From an uncultured Acidimicrobiaceae bacterium (lineage in GTDB: Bacteria > Actinomycetota > Acidimicrobiia > Acidimicrobiales > Bog-793), in assembly GCA_963849105.1 (NCBI GenBank), contig CAWKGD010000003.1, forward strand, positions 705,428 to 769,427: a DNA stretch of 64,000 nt, written 5' to 3'. This document shows positions 8,529-18,001 of this stretch, one piece after another. A model generated the notes under the pieces. That model worked only from the letters and a program-made list of their open reading frames with translations. It was not told the DNA's origin and did no database searches. Position 1 is the stretch's first letter. Every line of letters begins with the position of its first letter. Position numbers and translations under genes: made by a program.

Positions 8529-9926
8529 CTATTCGGTCGTCGAGATGAAGACGTTCTTCACGTCGCTGAACGCATCGAGCGCGTCGGGGCCGAGTTCGCG
8601 GCCGATGCCGGACTGCTTGAACCCGCCGAACGGCGTCGAGTAGCGCACCGAAGAGTGTGAGTTCACCGAGAGGTTGCCCGATTCGACCCCACGGGCGACG
8701 CGCAGCGCGCGACCGACGTCGCGGGTCCAGATCGAGCCGGACAGCCCGTACTCGGTGTTGTTCGCGATGCGGATCGCGTCGGATTCGTCCTCGAACGGGA
8801 CCACCGCGACCACCGGTCCGAAGATCTCCTCGCGCACCTGTCGTGCGTCCTCGGCGATCGGCGCGAGCACGGTCGGCGGGTACCAGAACCCGGGTCCGCC
8901 GGGCACGGAGCCGCGGAAAGCGACCGGAGCGTCCGGAGGGACAAAGGAGGACACCATCTCGCGATGCGCAGCCGAGATCAACGGCCCCATCTCGCTTTCG
9001 TCCTCGGTCGGCGCGAGGACGCGCACCGCTCTCACCGCTGGCTCGAAGAGTTCCATGAAGCGCTCGTAAACCGACGCTTGGACGAGGATCCGCGAGCGCG
9101 AGCAGCAGTCCTGACCGGCGTTGTCGAACACCGCGTACGGGGCGCTCTGCGCAGCGCGCTCGAGATCGGCGTCCGAAAAGACGATGTTCGCCGACTTGCC
9201 GCCGAGTTCGAGCGTGACCCTTTTCACCTGGTTCGCGCAGCCGGCCATGATCTGTCGTCCGATCTCGGTCGAACCGGTGAAGCAGACCTTGCGCACGAGC
9301 GCGTTCTCGACGAATCGCCAACCGACCTCGCGGCCCGAGCCGGTGAGAACCTGGAACACGTCCTCGGGGATGCCCGCTTCGTGGGCGAGCTCGGCGAGCT
9401 TCAACGCGCTGAGCGGCGTGAGTTCGGCGGGTTTCACGACGACGGTGTTGCCCGCTGCCAGCGCTGGTGCGAAGCCCCACGTGGCGATGAGCATCGGGAA
9501 ATTCCAGGGCGCGATGACGCCGACGACACCTAGTGGCTCGTGGAAGGTGACGTCGACGCCCCCCGCGACCGGGATCTGCTGGCCTGAATGTCTTTCTGGC
9601 GCCGCCGCGTAGTAGGTGATCACGTCGCGGACGGTGCCGGCTTCCCAACGCGCGTTCGAGATCGTGTGGCCGGCGTTCTGCACCTCGAGCATTGCGAGTT
9701 CGTCTGAGGCGGCATCGACGCGCTCCGCGAACCGGCGCAAAAGCCGCGCCCGATCTGCCGGTGCGACCTCCCGCCAAGCGGGGAAGGCGGCGTGCGCGCG
9801 AACGATCGCCGCGTCCGCCTCGGTGGCGCTGAGTTCGGGCACGGTCGTGATCGTCGTTGCGGTCGCCGGATTGACGACCGTGAAGGTTCCGCTCAAAGCC
9901 GTTCGAAACCCCTGAACCGTTCCCAA
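8529..9926 (-). CDS. NAD(P)-dependent aldehyde dehydrogenase (PuuC/AldC-like)
   Basis: ALDH motifs FTGSTEIG, ELGGKS and the catalytic Cys region GQDCCSRSR. The TTG at 9926 overlaps the upstream gene by 34 nt. An alternative TTG at 9896 forms a TTGA overlap with that gene's stop. Confidence 0.9.
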   Translation of the reverse strand: MGTVQGFRTALSGTFTVVNPATATTITTVPELSATEADAAIVRAHAAFPAWREVAPADRARLLRRFAERVDAASDELAMLEVQNAGHTISNARWEAGTVRDVITYYAAAPERHSGQQIPVAGGVDVTFHEPLGVVGVIAPWNFPMLIATWGFAPALAAGNTVVVKPAELTPLSALKLAELAHEAGIPEDVFQVLTGSGREVGWRFVENALVRKVCFTGSTEIGRQIMAGCANQVKRVTLELGGKSANIVFSDADLERAAQSAPYAVFDNAGQDCCSRSRILVQASVYERFMELFEPAVRAVRVLAPTEDESEMGPLISAAHREMVSSFVPPDAPVAFRGSVPGGPGFWYPPTVLAPIAEDARQVREEIFGPVVAVVPFEDESDAIRIANNTEYGLSGSIWTRDVGRALRVARGVESGNLSVNSHSSVRYSTPFGGFKQSGIGRELGPDALDAFSDVKNVFISTTE

Positions 9927-11269
9927 TCCGTCACGGCCGCGTCGTACGCCGAGAGCTCGACCCGGGCGAAGTTCGTGTAGTGGTCGACGACGTCGTCTCC
10001 GAACGCGGAACGGACGAAGGCGCTCTCAGAAAAGCGCTTTGCCGCCTCGCGCATCGTCGAGGGGACGCGCGGCTTGTCCGAAACGTACGCGTTGCTGGTG
10101 AACTCGGGCTCCAAGGGGAGCTCGCCTTCCAGGCCGCCGATCGCTCCCGCGACGAGGCCGGCGATCGCGAGATACGGGTTCACGTCACCACCGGGCACTC
10201 GGCACTCGATGCGAAGGCCGTCGCCGTGGCCGACGACCCGGAAGGCGCACGTCCGGTTGTCGTGCCCCCAGGCGATCGCGGTCGGCGCGAAGGAACCTTT
10301 GACGTAGCGCTTGTAGCTGTTGATGTTCGGTGCAAAGAGCAGCGTCAAATCTTGCAACGTGGCGAGCATTCCGGCGAGCGTGTGATCGAACACCGGCGAG
10401 TGTCCATGCTCAGCCGGAAAGACCGGCTTGTCGTCAAGGTCCCGCAACGAGAAGTGGATGTGGCACGAGTTCCCCTCGCGCTCGTTGAACTTCGCCATGA
10501 ACGTCAGGCTGTGCCCGTCTTGGGAGGCGATCTCCTTCGCGCCCGTCTTGAAAAGGCTGTGCTCGTCGGCCTTGGCTAGCGCCTCCAGGTACCGGAAGGC
10601 GATCTCGTGCTGTCCGTAGTTGCACTCACCCTTCGCCGACTCGACGAGCATGCCAGCGCCGGTCATCTCGAGACGGATCCGTCGCAACAGCGGTTCGATC
10701 CGGCCGGTGCCGAGCAGCGAGTAGTCGACGTTGTAGAAGTTCGCCGGCGTTAGGTGGCGGTAGGCGGCGGACCAGGCTTCCTCGTAGGTCTCTTTGAAGA
10801 CGATGAACTCGAGTTCGGTGCCGACATAGGCGCGATATCCGAGGTCGGCGAGGCGCTGTAGCTGGCGGCGCAGCACCTGCCGCGGACTCGGTGCAACCTC
10901 CGCGCCATCGGCCGTCACAACGTCGGCGACACACAATGCCGTCCCCTCGTGCCACGGAACCCGCCTCAGCGTTGACAGATCGGGACGCAAGACGAAGTCG
11001 CCGTAGCCGAGGTCCCAGGAAGCGAGCGCGTAGCCATCGACGGTGTTCATGTCGACGTCGACCGCCAAGAGGTAGTTGCAGCCCTCTGCGGCGTTCGGGA
11101 CGATTTCGTCCAAGAAGTGGTGCGCGTCGGTGCGCTTACCCTGCAGGCGGCCCTGCATGTCGGTCATGCCGACGAGGACCGTGTCAATCCTCCCCGACTT
11201 GACCTCGATCGCCAAGTCCTCGAGGGAAAGCCAACCTGCAGGGCGCACTGGCGCAGGTGTTGGTGTCAA
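9893..11269 (-). CDS. Glutamine synthetase-like gamma-glutamyl-amine ligase (GlnA3/GlnA4/PuuA-type)
   Basis: 458-aa GS type-I fold (GTELEFIVF, NSCHIHFSL, NSYKR). It sits in an amine-catabolism operon rather than a nitrogen-assimilation context. Confidence 0.88.
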   Translation of the reverse strand: MTPTPAPVRPAGWLSLEDLAIEVKSGRIDTVLVGMTDMQGRLQGKRTDAHHFLDEIVPNAAEGCNYLLAVDVDMNTVDGYALASWDLGYGDFVLRPDLSTLRRVPWHEGTALCVADVVTADGAEVAPSPRQVLRRQLQRLADLGYRAYVGTELEFIVFKETYEEAWSAAYRHLTPANFYNVDYSLLGTGRIEPLLRRIRLEMTGAGMLVESAKGECNYGQHEIAFRYLEALAKADEHSLFKTGAKEIASQDGHSLTFMAKFNEREGNSCHIHFSLRDLDDKPVFPAEHGHSPVFDHTLAGMLATLQDLTLLFAPNINSYKRYVKGSFAPTAIAWGHDNRTCAFRVVGHGDGLRIECRVPGGDVNPYLAIAGLVAGAIGGLEGELPLEPEFTSNAYVSDKPRVPSTMREAAKRFSESAFVRSAFGDDVVDHYTNFARVELSAYDAAVTDWERFRGFERL

Positions 11270-12846
11270 TCGACCTCTTCGAGCTCCGTCTCGATGTGGG
11301 TGAACTCCGCCTCGATCGCCCGCAGTTCGGCCTCGTCACCTTGGGCTCTCGGTCCGGTGAACCACTTCCGGGCGCTCACGAGCCAGAAGATCCCCGAGTA
11401 GGCGAGGACGACACCGACGGCGATCGGCGCGTAGTTGAAGGTACTCCAAGAGATCGAGCGGAACGGGCCGGTCTCGGGGAGCATGAAGAGGATCGTGATC
11501 ACGAACACCCAGGCGACGCCGAGCCAGCCGATGAACGGGCTCCAGCGCCCGAGGTGCCACGGGCCCTTCACGAACTCGTCGCCTTTCAGCCGGCGCAAAA
11601 ACGTCGGGGTCACGTACGCGAGGTACAGGCCGATCGTCGCGATCGAGGTGACCGCGAAGTAGGCGACGGGGCTCCAGATGTAGGGGAGTGCGAGAAGGAA
11701 GGAAAACACGACCGCGAACCAGATCGAGTTCGTGGGCGTGCGGGTGCGGGGGTTGACCCGGTGCCAGAGCCGGTGACCGGGGACCGCGCCGTCGCGACTG
11801 AAGGCATAGATCATCCGCGAGTTCGCGGTGACCGACGCCATGCCGCAGTAGAACTGGGCGACGATCGCAATCAGCAACAACAGCTCGCCGCCGTGGCGGC
11901 CGATCGCGTCGATGAAGATCTGCGCCGGCGGAACCCCGGTCGGCGAGGTGAGCGCCTTGGTGTAGTCGTTGGTGATCGCGTAGGTGATCCCGAGGATCAG
12001 GACGAAGCCGGCGACCAACGAGACGATGATCGAGTTGACGATGCCCTTTGGCCCCGCCGTCGATGCACCCTTCGTCTCTTCGGTTACGTGCGCCGAGGCG
12101 TCGTATCCGGTGAAGGTGTACTGCGCCATCAACAACCCGATGAGGAAGACGTAGATGCCGGAGGAGAACCCGGTCTTGTTCACGAAGTGCGTGAACAGAA
12201 AGCTCGCTGAGGCGTGGTGTGTGGGGACGATCAACAGCACGAGGGCGATCACGGCCACGCCCAAGACGTGCCACCACACGCTCACGTCGGACAAGAACGC
12301 GACGACGCGGATGCCGAACGTGTTCAAAAGTCCGTGCGCGAGCAGGATGCCGGCGTAGACCCAGACGGTGTGGTCGCGCGTCGCGGTGAAGCCGGTCGTG
12401 AGGTTCAAGAGGGCGGTGAGGAACAGTGCCATCCCGAAGTCGATCCCGGCCGTGATCGCGACCTGGCCGAGCATGTTGAACCAGCCGGTGAACCAGCTCC
12501 AGGCGGCACCGTTGCGCTTGGCGAGCTTCGCCGCCCAGTAGTAGAGACCCCCCGCCGTCGGGTACGCCGAACATACCTCGGCCATGCCGAGGCCGACGAC
12601 CGTTGTCATCACCCCGACCAATAGCCAGCCCCACACCATCGTGACGGGACCGCCGGTCGTGAGCCCATAGCCGTAGAGCGTGAGGCATCCCGAGAGGATC
12701 GAGATGATCGTGAACGAGATGGCGAAGTTCGAGAACCCGCCCATCCTTCGTCGCAGCTCTTGGGCGTAGCCCAGCTGGTGGAGTTTTGCGACGTCGGGAT
12801 CGACCACCCCGACGGTTCGCGACATCGCTTCGTCGCCGACGGTCAC
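11266..12846 (-). CDS. APC superfamily amino acid/polyamine/ethanolamine permease
   Basis: 526-aa polytopic membrane ORF with APC-type helices. It overlaps the ligase gene by 4 nt. GTG start preceded by a G-rich RBS. Confidence 0.88.
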   Translation of the reverse strand: MTVGDEAMSRTVGVVDPDVAKLHQLGYAQELRRRMGGFSNFAISFTIISILSGCLTLYGYGLTTGGPVTMVWGWLLVGVMTTVVGLGMAEVCSAYPTAGGLYYWAAKLAKRNGAAWSWFTGWFNMLGQVAITAGIDFGMALFLTALLNLTTGFTATRDHTVWVYAGILLAHGLLNTFGIRVVAFLSDVSVWWHVLGVAVIALVLLIVPTHHASASFLFTHFVNKTGFSSGIYVFLIGLLMAQYTFTGYDASAHVTEETKGASTAGPKGIVNSIIVSLVAGFVLILGITYAITNDYTKALTSPTGVPPAQIFIDAIGRHGGELLLLIAIVAQFYCGMASVTANSRMIYAFSRDGAVPGHRLWHRVNPRTRTPTNSIWFAVVFSFLLALPYIWSPVAYFAVTSIATIGLYLAYVTPTFLRRLKGDEFVKGPWHLGRWSPFIGWLGVAWVFVITILFMLPETGPFRSISWSTFNYAPIAVGVVLAYSGIFWLVSARKWFTGPRAQGDEAELRAIEAEFTHIETELEEVD

Positions 12847-13123
12847 TGCATTTCCCCCCCGTGCCGAGTCCCCCCGGCGCTCGGCCAGGCGCCGTGACCG
12901 GTCGAGATCGCGTCTCGCGGCGCGTACAACGGATCCCTCCCTCCGCTGTCATGCTTCGGTCACTGCAACGCTGACGGCGCTCGACGTCTTCGCGCGCTGG
13001 CGAGAATGGAAGCAGCGTGATCGGGAACTGTCAACTAGCTTGCAAAATGCCAGGATGTCGCACTCTTGTGCGGCGGAACGCCGCCCGGCGCGCTAGAGAT
13101 GCGTTCTGCTGGAGGGGGACCGA

Positions 13124-13576
13124 ATGACGGGCAAGGAACGCTGGAAGGAAGAGCCGGACGACCAGGACTATCCGGCCGCGCTCAGCTACCTTAGCCTCGT
13201 GATGACCGAGGAACGCGCCAAGGAGTCGGTCGAGGCCCTGAAGAAGGCCCCGATCACCCACTACTTCGCGAAGGACCTGTTGCGATCGAGTCGGCTGGAT
13301 TTGTTGCCACCGGAGAACGTGCACGTGGCGAAGGACCTGAAGAAGGTTTCCAAGGGGCGAAAGCTTTCGCCAGCCCTGCTAGTCGCCGGCAGTGTCCAAC
13401 ATGACGCACCGCTCACGATCGCCGACGGCTTCCACCGCATCTGCGCGAGCTACCACCTAACCGAAGACGCACCGATCCCGTGTCGCATCATCGAATTCGA
13501 CGGCTCGGCGCGCGTTCATGCAAGCCCAGCGACCCGGCGTCCACGACGCGCTGAGGGCGCGGCAGCACACAGTTGA
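13124..13576 (+). CDS. Small ParB/sulfiredoxin-fold (ParB-like nuclease domain) protein, orphan
   Basis: 150-aa ORF with a GGAGGGGGA RBS. SPALLVAG...PLTIADGFHRICASY resembles the ParB N-terminal DGxHR box. Visibly lower GC than its neighbours. Confidence 0.55.
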   Translation: MTGKERWKEEPDDQDYPAALSYLSLVMTEERAKESVEALKKAPITHYFAKDLLRSSRLDLLPPENVHVAKDLKKVSKGRKLSPALLVAGSVQHDAPLTIADGFHRICASYHLTEDAPIPCRIIEFDGSARVHASPATRRPRRAEGAAAHS

Positions 13577-13612
13577 CACAGCAACAGGCGCGGGGAGCGC
13601 AATCCGTGGCTG

Positions 13613-14377
13613 TTACTTCGAGAGCTTCTTTCCGTCCGACTCCTGTGACTCCGGCGCGACGACCTGCGGTAGGAGTGAGGTGACGGCAGCCTGAGTCGGC
13701 GTCGCCGGGGGTTTCTTCCACGGCCCGACAGCGGCGGCGAGTAAGGACGAGTTCGGAACGTTTAAGAGACCCTGTTCGGTCCGGATCAGCACGTAGGTCA
13801 GGTTCATCGAGCGCACGATGCCGTCGAACTCGCCGCCGAGCGCGCCTGACCGGACGCGAATGTGGTCGCCGAGGCGGAACGGACGCGCCATCAAGATGAC
13901 GATTCCGGCGAACAGATTGCCGAGCGCTTGCTGCGCGGCGATACCGAGGACGACGCCGAGAATCGCACCGCCGACGGCGACGTGCGAGAGCGGCACCGAG
14001 ATGAGCCCCAAGGTGGCGAAGACGATGACCGTGTAGCCGACGATCCCGACGACGACGCGGAATGCTCGTCCGGATCCGGTGCGCGATCGGACGTTGACCG
14101 CTTGCTCGGACCAGCTCGCCAGGCGTCGGATCGTCGCCACACCGAAGATGACGAAAACGGCGGCCGAAATGCCGAGCACGACCTTCGGCTCGACCCTTGT
14201 GCCGTGGACCTTGCCGAGAATCGAGCCGACGGCGAGCGCGCCGATGGCGATGACCCCGTAGGCCGCGGCGAACAGCGCCGTCGCGAGATTCGACCGCGGG
14301 CCGCGGCGACGGGGAGTATCCGGCGCCGGTGCCGAGCGCGTGTTGGGGGCAGCCGGATCGGGGCGTGCAGCGTTCAT
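13613..14377 (-). CDS. Mechanosensitive ion channel (MscS family)
   Basis: Transmembrane helices followed by the MscS beta-domain motif LFAGIVILMARPFRLGDHIRV...VLIRTEQGLLNVPNS. Confidence 0.8.
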   Translation of the reverse strand: MNAARPDPAAPNTRSAPAPDTPRRRGPRSNLATALFAAAYGVIAIGALAVGSILGKVHGTRVEPKVVLGISAAVFVIFGVATIRRLASWSEQAVNVRSRTGSGRAFRVVVGIVGYTVIVFATLGLISVPLSHVAVGGAILGVVLGIAAQQALGNLFAGIVILMARPFRLGDHIRVRSGALGGEFDGIVRSMNLTYVLIRTEQGLLNVPNSSLLAAAVGPWKKPPATPTQAAVTSLLPQVVAPESQESDGKKLSK

Positions 14378-14481
14378 CGGGATTCAGCTCCGTCGCGACG
14401 TGGCATTCGGCAGTCGAGTGTTGCACCGTCGATCACTCCTCGGGTTCAAGGCGGAGAAGCTCCTGGTGACAGACTCGGATT

Positions 14482-15483
14482 GTGCGTGCCTGGATCGTCG
14501 ATCACCCAGGGCCCGTCGACGGCGGCCCGCTCGCGTTCGTGGAGGTCGCCGATCCCGAACCCGGGCCGAATGAGGTACTCGTCAAGGTGCGCGTCTGTGG
14601 TGTCTGTCGCACGGATCTCCACCTCGCAGAGGGCGACCTGCTTCCGAAGCGTCACGGTGTCGTGCCCGGACACGAGGTCGTCGGCACCGTCGAGAAATTC
14701 GGCGAACGCTCGAGTCGGTTCGCGATCGGCGAGCGGATCGGGATCGCCTGGCTGCGCGAGACGGACGGATCGTGTCGCTTTTGCCGCCGCGGCATGGAGA
14801 ACCTCTGTGTCGGGCAGCGCTTCACCGGATGGGACGAGAACGGCGGCTACGCGCAGTACGCCGTCGTACCGGAGGCGTTCGCCTACCGGATCCCCGAAGG
14901 ATTCGCCGACAACGAAGCGGCGCCGTTGCTCTGCGCGGGGATCATCGGCTACCGCGCCCTGAAGCTTGCCGCGCTGCCGCCCGGTGGTCGCCTCGGGATC
15001 TACGGCTTTGGCGCGTCCGCACACCTCGCCGCGCAGGTCGCGCTCGCACAGGGTGCGGCGGTGCACGTAATGACGCGCGATGCGGGCGCCCGACGCTTCG
15101 CGCTCGATCTCGGCGCCTCCTCCGCGCAGGGAGACGAAGATCCACCGCCCGAGCCGCTCGACTCCGCGATCTTGTTCGCGCCGGTCGGAATGCTCGTGCC
15201 GCCGGCGCTGCGGGCGCTCGAGCGCAACGGCACACTCGCGGTCGCCGGCATCTACTTGTCGGACATCCCGACGTTGCACTACGAGCCGGAGCTCTTCTAT
15301 GAAAAGAACCTTCGCAGCGTCACGGCGAATACCCGCGCCGATGGCGAGGAGTTCTTGTCCATCGCGTCGACGATCGGCATCCGCGTCGTCACGACCCCGT
15401 ACCGCTACGAGGACGCGGACAAGGCGCTCGTCGATCTGGCGCACGACCGCGTGCGCGGCGCAGCTGTGCTGCAAATCGGCTGA
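14482..15483 (+). CDS. Zinc-dependent alcohol dehydrogenase
   Basis: CGVCRTDLH, GHEVVG, structural-zinc Cys cluster CRFCRRGMENLC, and Rossmann GFGASAH. Confidence 0.9.
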   Translation: MRAWIVDHPGPVDGGPLAFVEVADPEPGPNEVLVKVRVCGVCRTDLHLAEGDLLPKRHGVVPGHEVVGTVEKFGERSSRFAIGERIGIAWLRETDGSCRFCRRGMENLCVGQRFTGWDENGGYAQYAVVPEAFAYRIPEGFADNEAAPLLCAGIIGYRALKLAALPPGGRLGIYGFGASAHLAAQVALAQGAAVHVMTRDAGARRFALDLGASSAQGDEDPPPEPLDSAILFAPVGMLVPPALRALERNGTLAVAGIYLSDIPTLHYEPELFYEKNLRSVTANTRADGEEFLSIASTIGIRVVTTPYRYEDADKALVDLAHDRVRGAAVLQIG

Positions 15484-15491
15484 CTGGCTGC

Positions 15492-16091
15492 CTAGTTCTT
15501 CGCTGCCAGCAACGTGTTGAGCTCGCGGCTGAGCGCGTTGACGCTTTCGGCCCCGAGGTGCTCCGCGGCGATTGTGCCGTTGCGACGCAGAAAAAACGTG
15601 ACGGGGAGGTCTTCGACGCCCCACGCGTCGGCGACGGTGAGGTCCGAGGTGTCGAGTCCGACGGGGTACTTCGCGTGGGCGTTCGCGAGCAGCCGCTCTG
15701 AGAGATGCGGATCGGACTCGCTTGTGTCGACACCGACGAAGGCGACGGCACGCGCGAACCTCGCGGAGACCACTCCGAAGGCGGCGAGCTCTTTTTGGCA
15801 CGACGGGCACCACGACGCAAAGACGTTGATCACGGCGACGCGGCCGGTGACGAGACGGGCGAGACCAACTGTGCTGCCGCCTCCGAGACGGACGAGTCGG
15901 AAGTCCGTGGGCAACCGCGCGCCGACGGGCCGACCCGCGACTGACGGCGAGGTGAGGGTCGCGTTCGGATAACTCGTCCCGAAGGCGAGGGTGATTGCCG
16001 TGGCGAAGAGGGCGATCACGCAACCGACCCCGAGCGCGATGACGATTCGGCGCGTCTTTCGTTGGCGACGCGGTGTCGCCGCGAGTCCCAC
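15492..16091 (-). CDS. TlpA-family thiol:disulfide oxidoreductase (membrane-anchored thioredoxin-like)
   Basis: N-terminal transmembrane anchor and a WCPSC active site. Confidence 0.85.
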   Translation of the reverse strand: MGLAATPRRQRKTRRIVIALGVGCVIALFATAITLAFGTSYPNATLTSPSVAGRPVGARLPTDFRLVRLGGGSTVGLARLVTGRVAVINVFASWCPSCQKELAAFGVVSARFARAVAFVGVDTSESDPHLSERLLANAHAKYPVGLDTSDLTVADAWGVEDLPVTFFLRRNGTIAAEHLGAESVNALSRELNTLLAAKN

Positions 16092-16107
16092 CGTCTCGAA
16101 CGGCGCG

Positions 16108-17958
16108 TTACTCGTCGAGGAGGGCGCGTGCGGCCTTTGCGATGTGCGCGGCCGAGATGCCGGCGGCGTCGAGCAACTCCGCCGGCGTTCCGGACTGGGA
16201 GAGTCCGGCGACGGCGAGATGGGTGAAGCGCGGGTTCACCCGCGCCTCGGTGAGCGCGCTGAGCACGGCCTCGCCGAGTCCGCCCGCCGGGTAGTGATCC
16301 TCGGTGACGATGATCCGTCCTCCCGTAGCCTGGCACGCGGCGACGAGCGTCGTCTGATCGATCGGTTTCACCGAGTAGCAGTCGACGACGCGTGCCGCGA
16401 TGCCGTCGGCTCCGAGCTGGTCGGCCGCGGCGAGGCTCTCGTGCACCGTGACCCCGGCGCCGACGAGAGTGACGACGTCAGCGGGACCGGAACGGAGCAC
16501 CTTCGCGCCGCCGATCGGGAAATCCTCGTCATGGGAGTACAGCACCGGGTACGCCCCGCGCGTCGTGCGGACATAGGAGACTCCGTGGCGGTCGGCCGTC
16601 TGCAGGACGAGCGCCACGGTCGACGGCGCGTCGCAGGGGTAGAGCACCGTCGAATCGTTCACTGCGCGCATCTCCGCGAGGTCCTCGAGCGCCATCTGGG
16701 ACGGGCCGTCGGATCCGATCTCGACGCCGGAGTGCGATCCCGACAGGTGGATTGCGACGTCGGAGATCCCGGCCATGCGGATGAAGTCGTAGGCACGCGA
16801 GAAGAACGCGCCGAAGGTCGCTGCGAAGGGCACGTAGCGCCGCACCGCGAGTCCGCACGCCGCGCCGACCATCAGCTGTTCGGAGATGAACGCCTCGAAG
16901 TAGCGCTTCGGTGCCACCTTCTCGAACGCCTCCGAGTGCGTCGAGTTGCCGACCTCGGCGTCGAGGACGACAACCTCTGGTCGCGCGGAGAGCGCCACGA
17001 GGGCGTCGCCGTAGGCAGAGCGCGTCGCGACCTTGTCTCCGGCCGCGTAGTGCGGCCGGTCGAGCTTCGCCTGCGGGTTCGGGGTGATCGCCGGAATCCC
17101 GGCGTCGGGCTTCGGCGAGGTGACGACGATCGAGGTGGGACCGCCGAGGGCGGCGATCGCCTGCTCGGCCATGTCGGCGGGGAGCGCCGTGCCGTGCCAG
17201 CCGTTCTTGTCCTCGATCTCGGGGACGCCCTTTCCCTTGATCGTGCGGGCGAGGATCACGCTCGGGTGCGCGCTCGAGCGCGCCTCGGAGAACGCGGCGT
17301 CGATCTCTTCGAGGTCGTGGCCGTCGATGACGATCGGGTGGCACCCGAACGCGGTGACGCGCGCCGCGTATGCGTCGAGGTCCCAGCCGAGCTCGGTCGG
17401 GCCGCGCTGTCCGAGCCGGTTGACGTCGACGATCGCCGTGAAGTTCGAAAGCTCGTAGTAGGCGGCCTTGTCGAAGGCTTCCCAGACGGATCCTTCGGCC
17501 ATCTCGGAGTCACCGCAGAGGGCGAAGATCCGGTAGGGCAACTCGTCCAAGTACTTTCCGGCGATGCCGACACCGACTGCGGCGGCAACACCGACCCCGA
17601 GCGAGCCGGTGGCGAGGTCGACCCACGGCAACACCGGGGTCGGGTGTCCCTGCAGGCGCGCCCCGAAGCGGCGGTAGGTCTCCAAGAGTTCGTCTTCGCT
17701 GACGACGCCGACCGCACGGAACACCGAATACAGCAGCGGTGACGCGTGGCCCTTCGAGAAGATGAGGTGGTCGTTCTCGGGTCGCTTCGGCTCCGACCAG
17801 TCGTAGTGGAGGTGGCGCGTCGCCAAAACGGCGAGCAAGTCCGCGGCGGAGAGCGAGGACGTCGGGTGCCCCGCGCCGACCGCCGTCGTGCAGCGGATCG
17901 AGTCGACCCGGAGCTGGCGGGCGAGGTTCGCGAGCGCTTCGATTTCGTCAGGCGTCAT
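16108..17958 (-). CDS. tkt: Transketolase
   Basis: ThDP-binding GDSEMAEG/GHP motifs, pyrimidine-binding domain and C-terminal domain. The likely start is ATG 17958 (the ORF extends to 18033). Confidence 0.85.
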   Translation of the reverse strand: MTPDEIEALANLARQLRVDSIRCTTAVGAGHPTSSLSAADLLAVLATRHLHYDWSEPKRPENDHLIFSKGHASPLLYSVFRAVGVVSEDELLETYRRFGARLQGHPTPVLPWVDLATGSLGVGVAAAVGVGIAGKYLDELPYRIFALCGDSEMAEGSVWEAFDKAAYYELSNFTAIVDVNRLGQRGPTELGWDLDAYAARVTAFGCHPIVIDGHDLEEIDAAFSEARSSAHPSVILARTIKGKGVPEIEDKNGWHGTALPADMAEQAIAALGGPTSIVVTSPKPDAGIPAITPNPQAKLDRPHYAAGDKVATRSAYGDALVALSARPEVVVLDAEVGNSTHSEAFEKVAPKRYFEAFISEQLMVGAACGLAVRRYVPFAATFGAFFSRAYDFIRMAGISDVAIHLSGSHSGVEIGSDGPSQMALEDLAEMRAVNDSTVLYPCDAPSTVALVLQTADRHGVSYVRTTRGAYPVLYSHDEDFPIGGAKVLRSGPADVVTLVGAGVTVHESLAAADQLGADGIAARVVDCYSVKPIDQTTLVAACQATGGRIIVTEDHYPAGGLGEAVLSALTEARVNPRFTHLAVAGLSQSGTPAELLDAAGISAAHIAKAARALLDE

Positions 17959-18001
17959 GGCAACCTCTTGGTTGACGTTTGCGGCGGGGTCGCGTCGAAC
18001 C

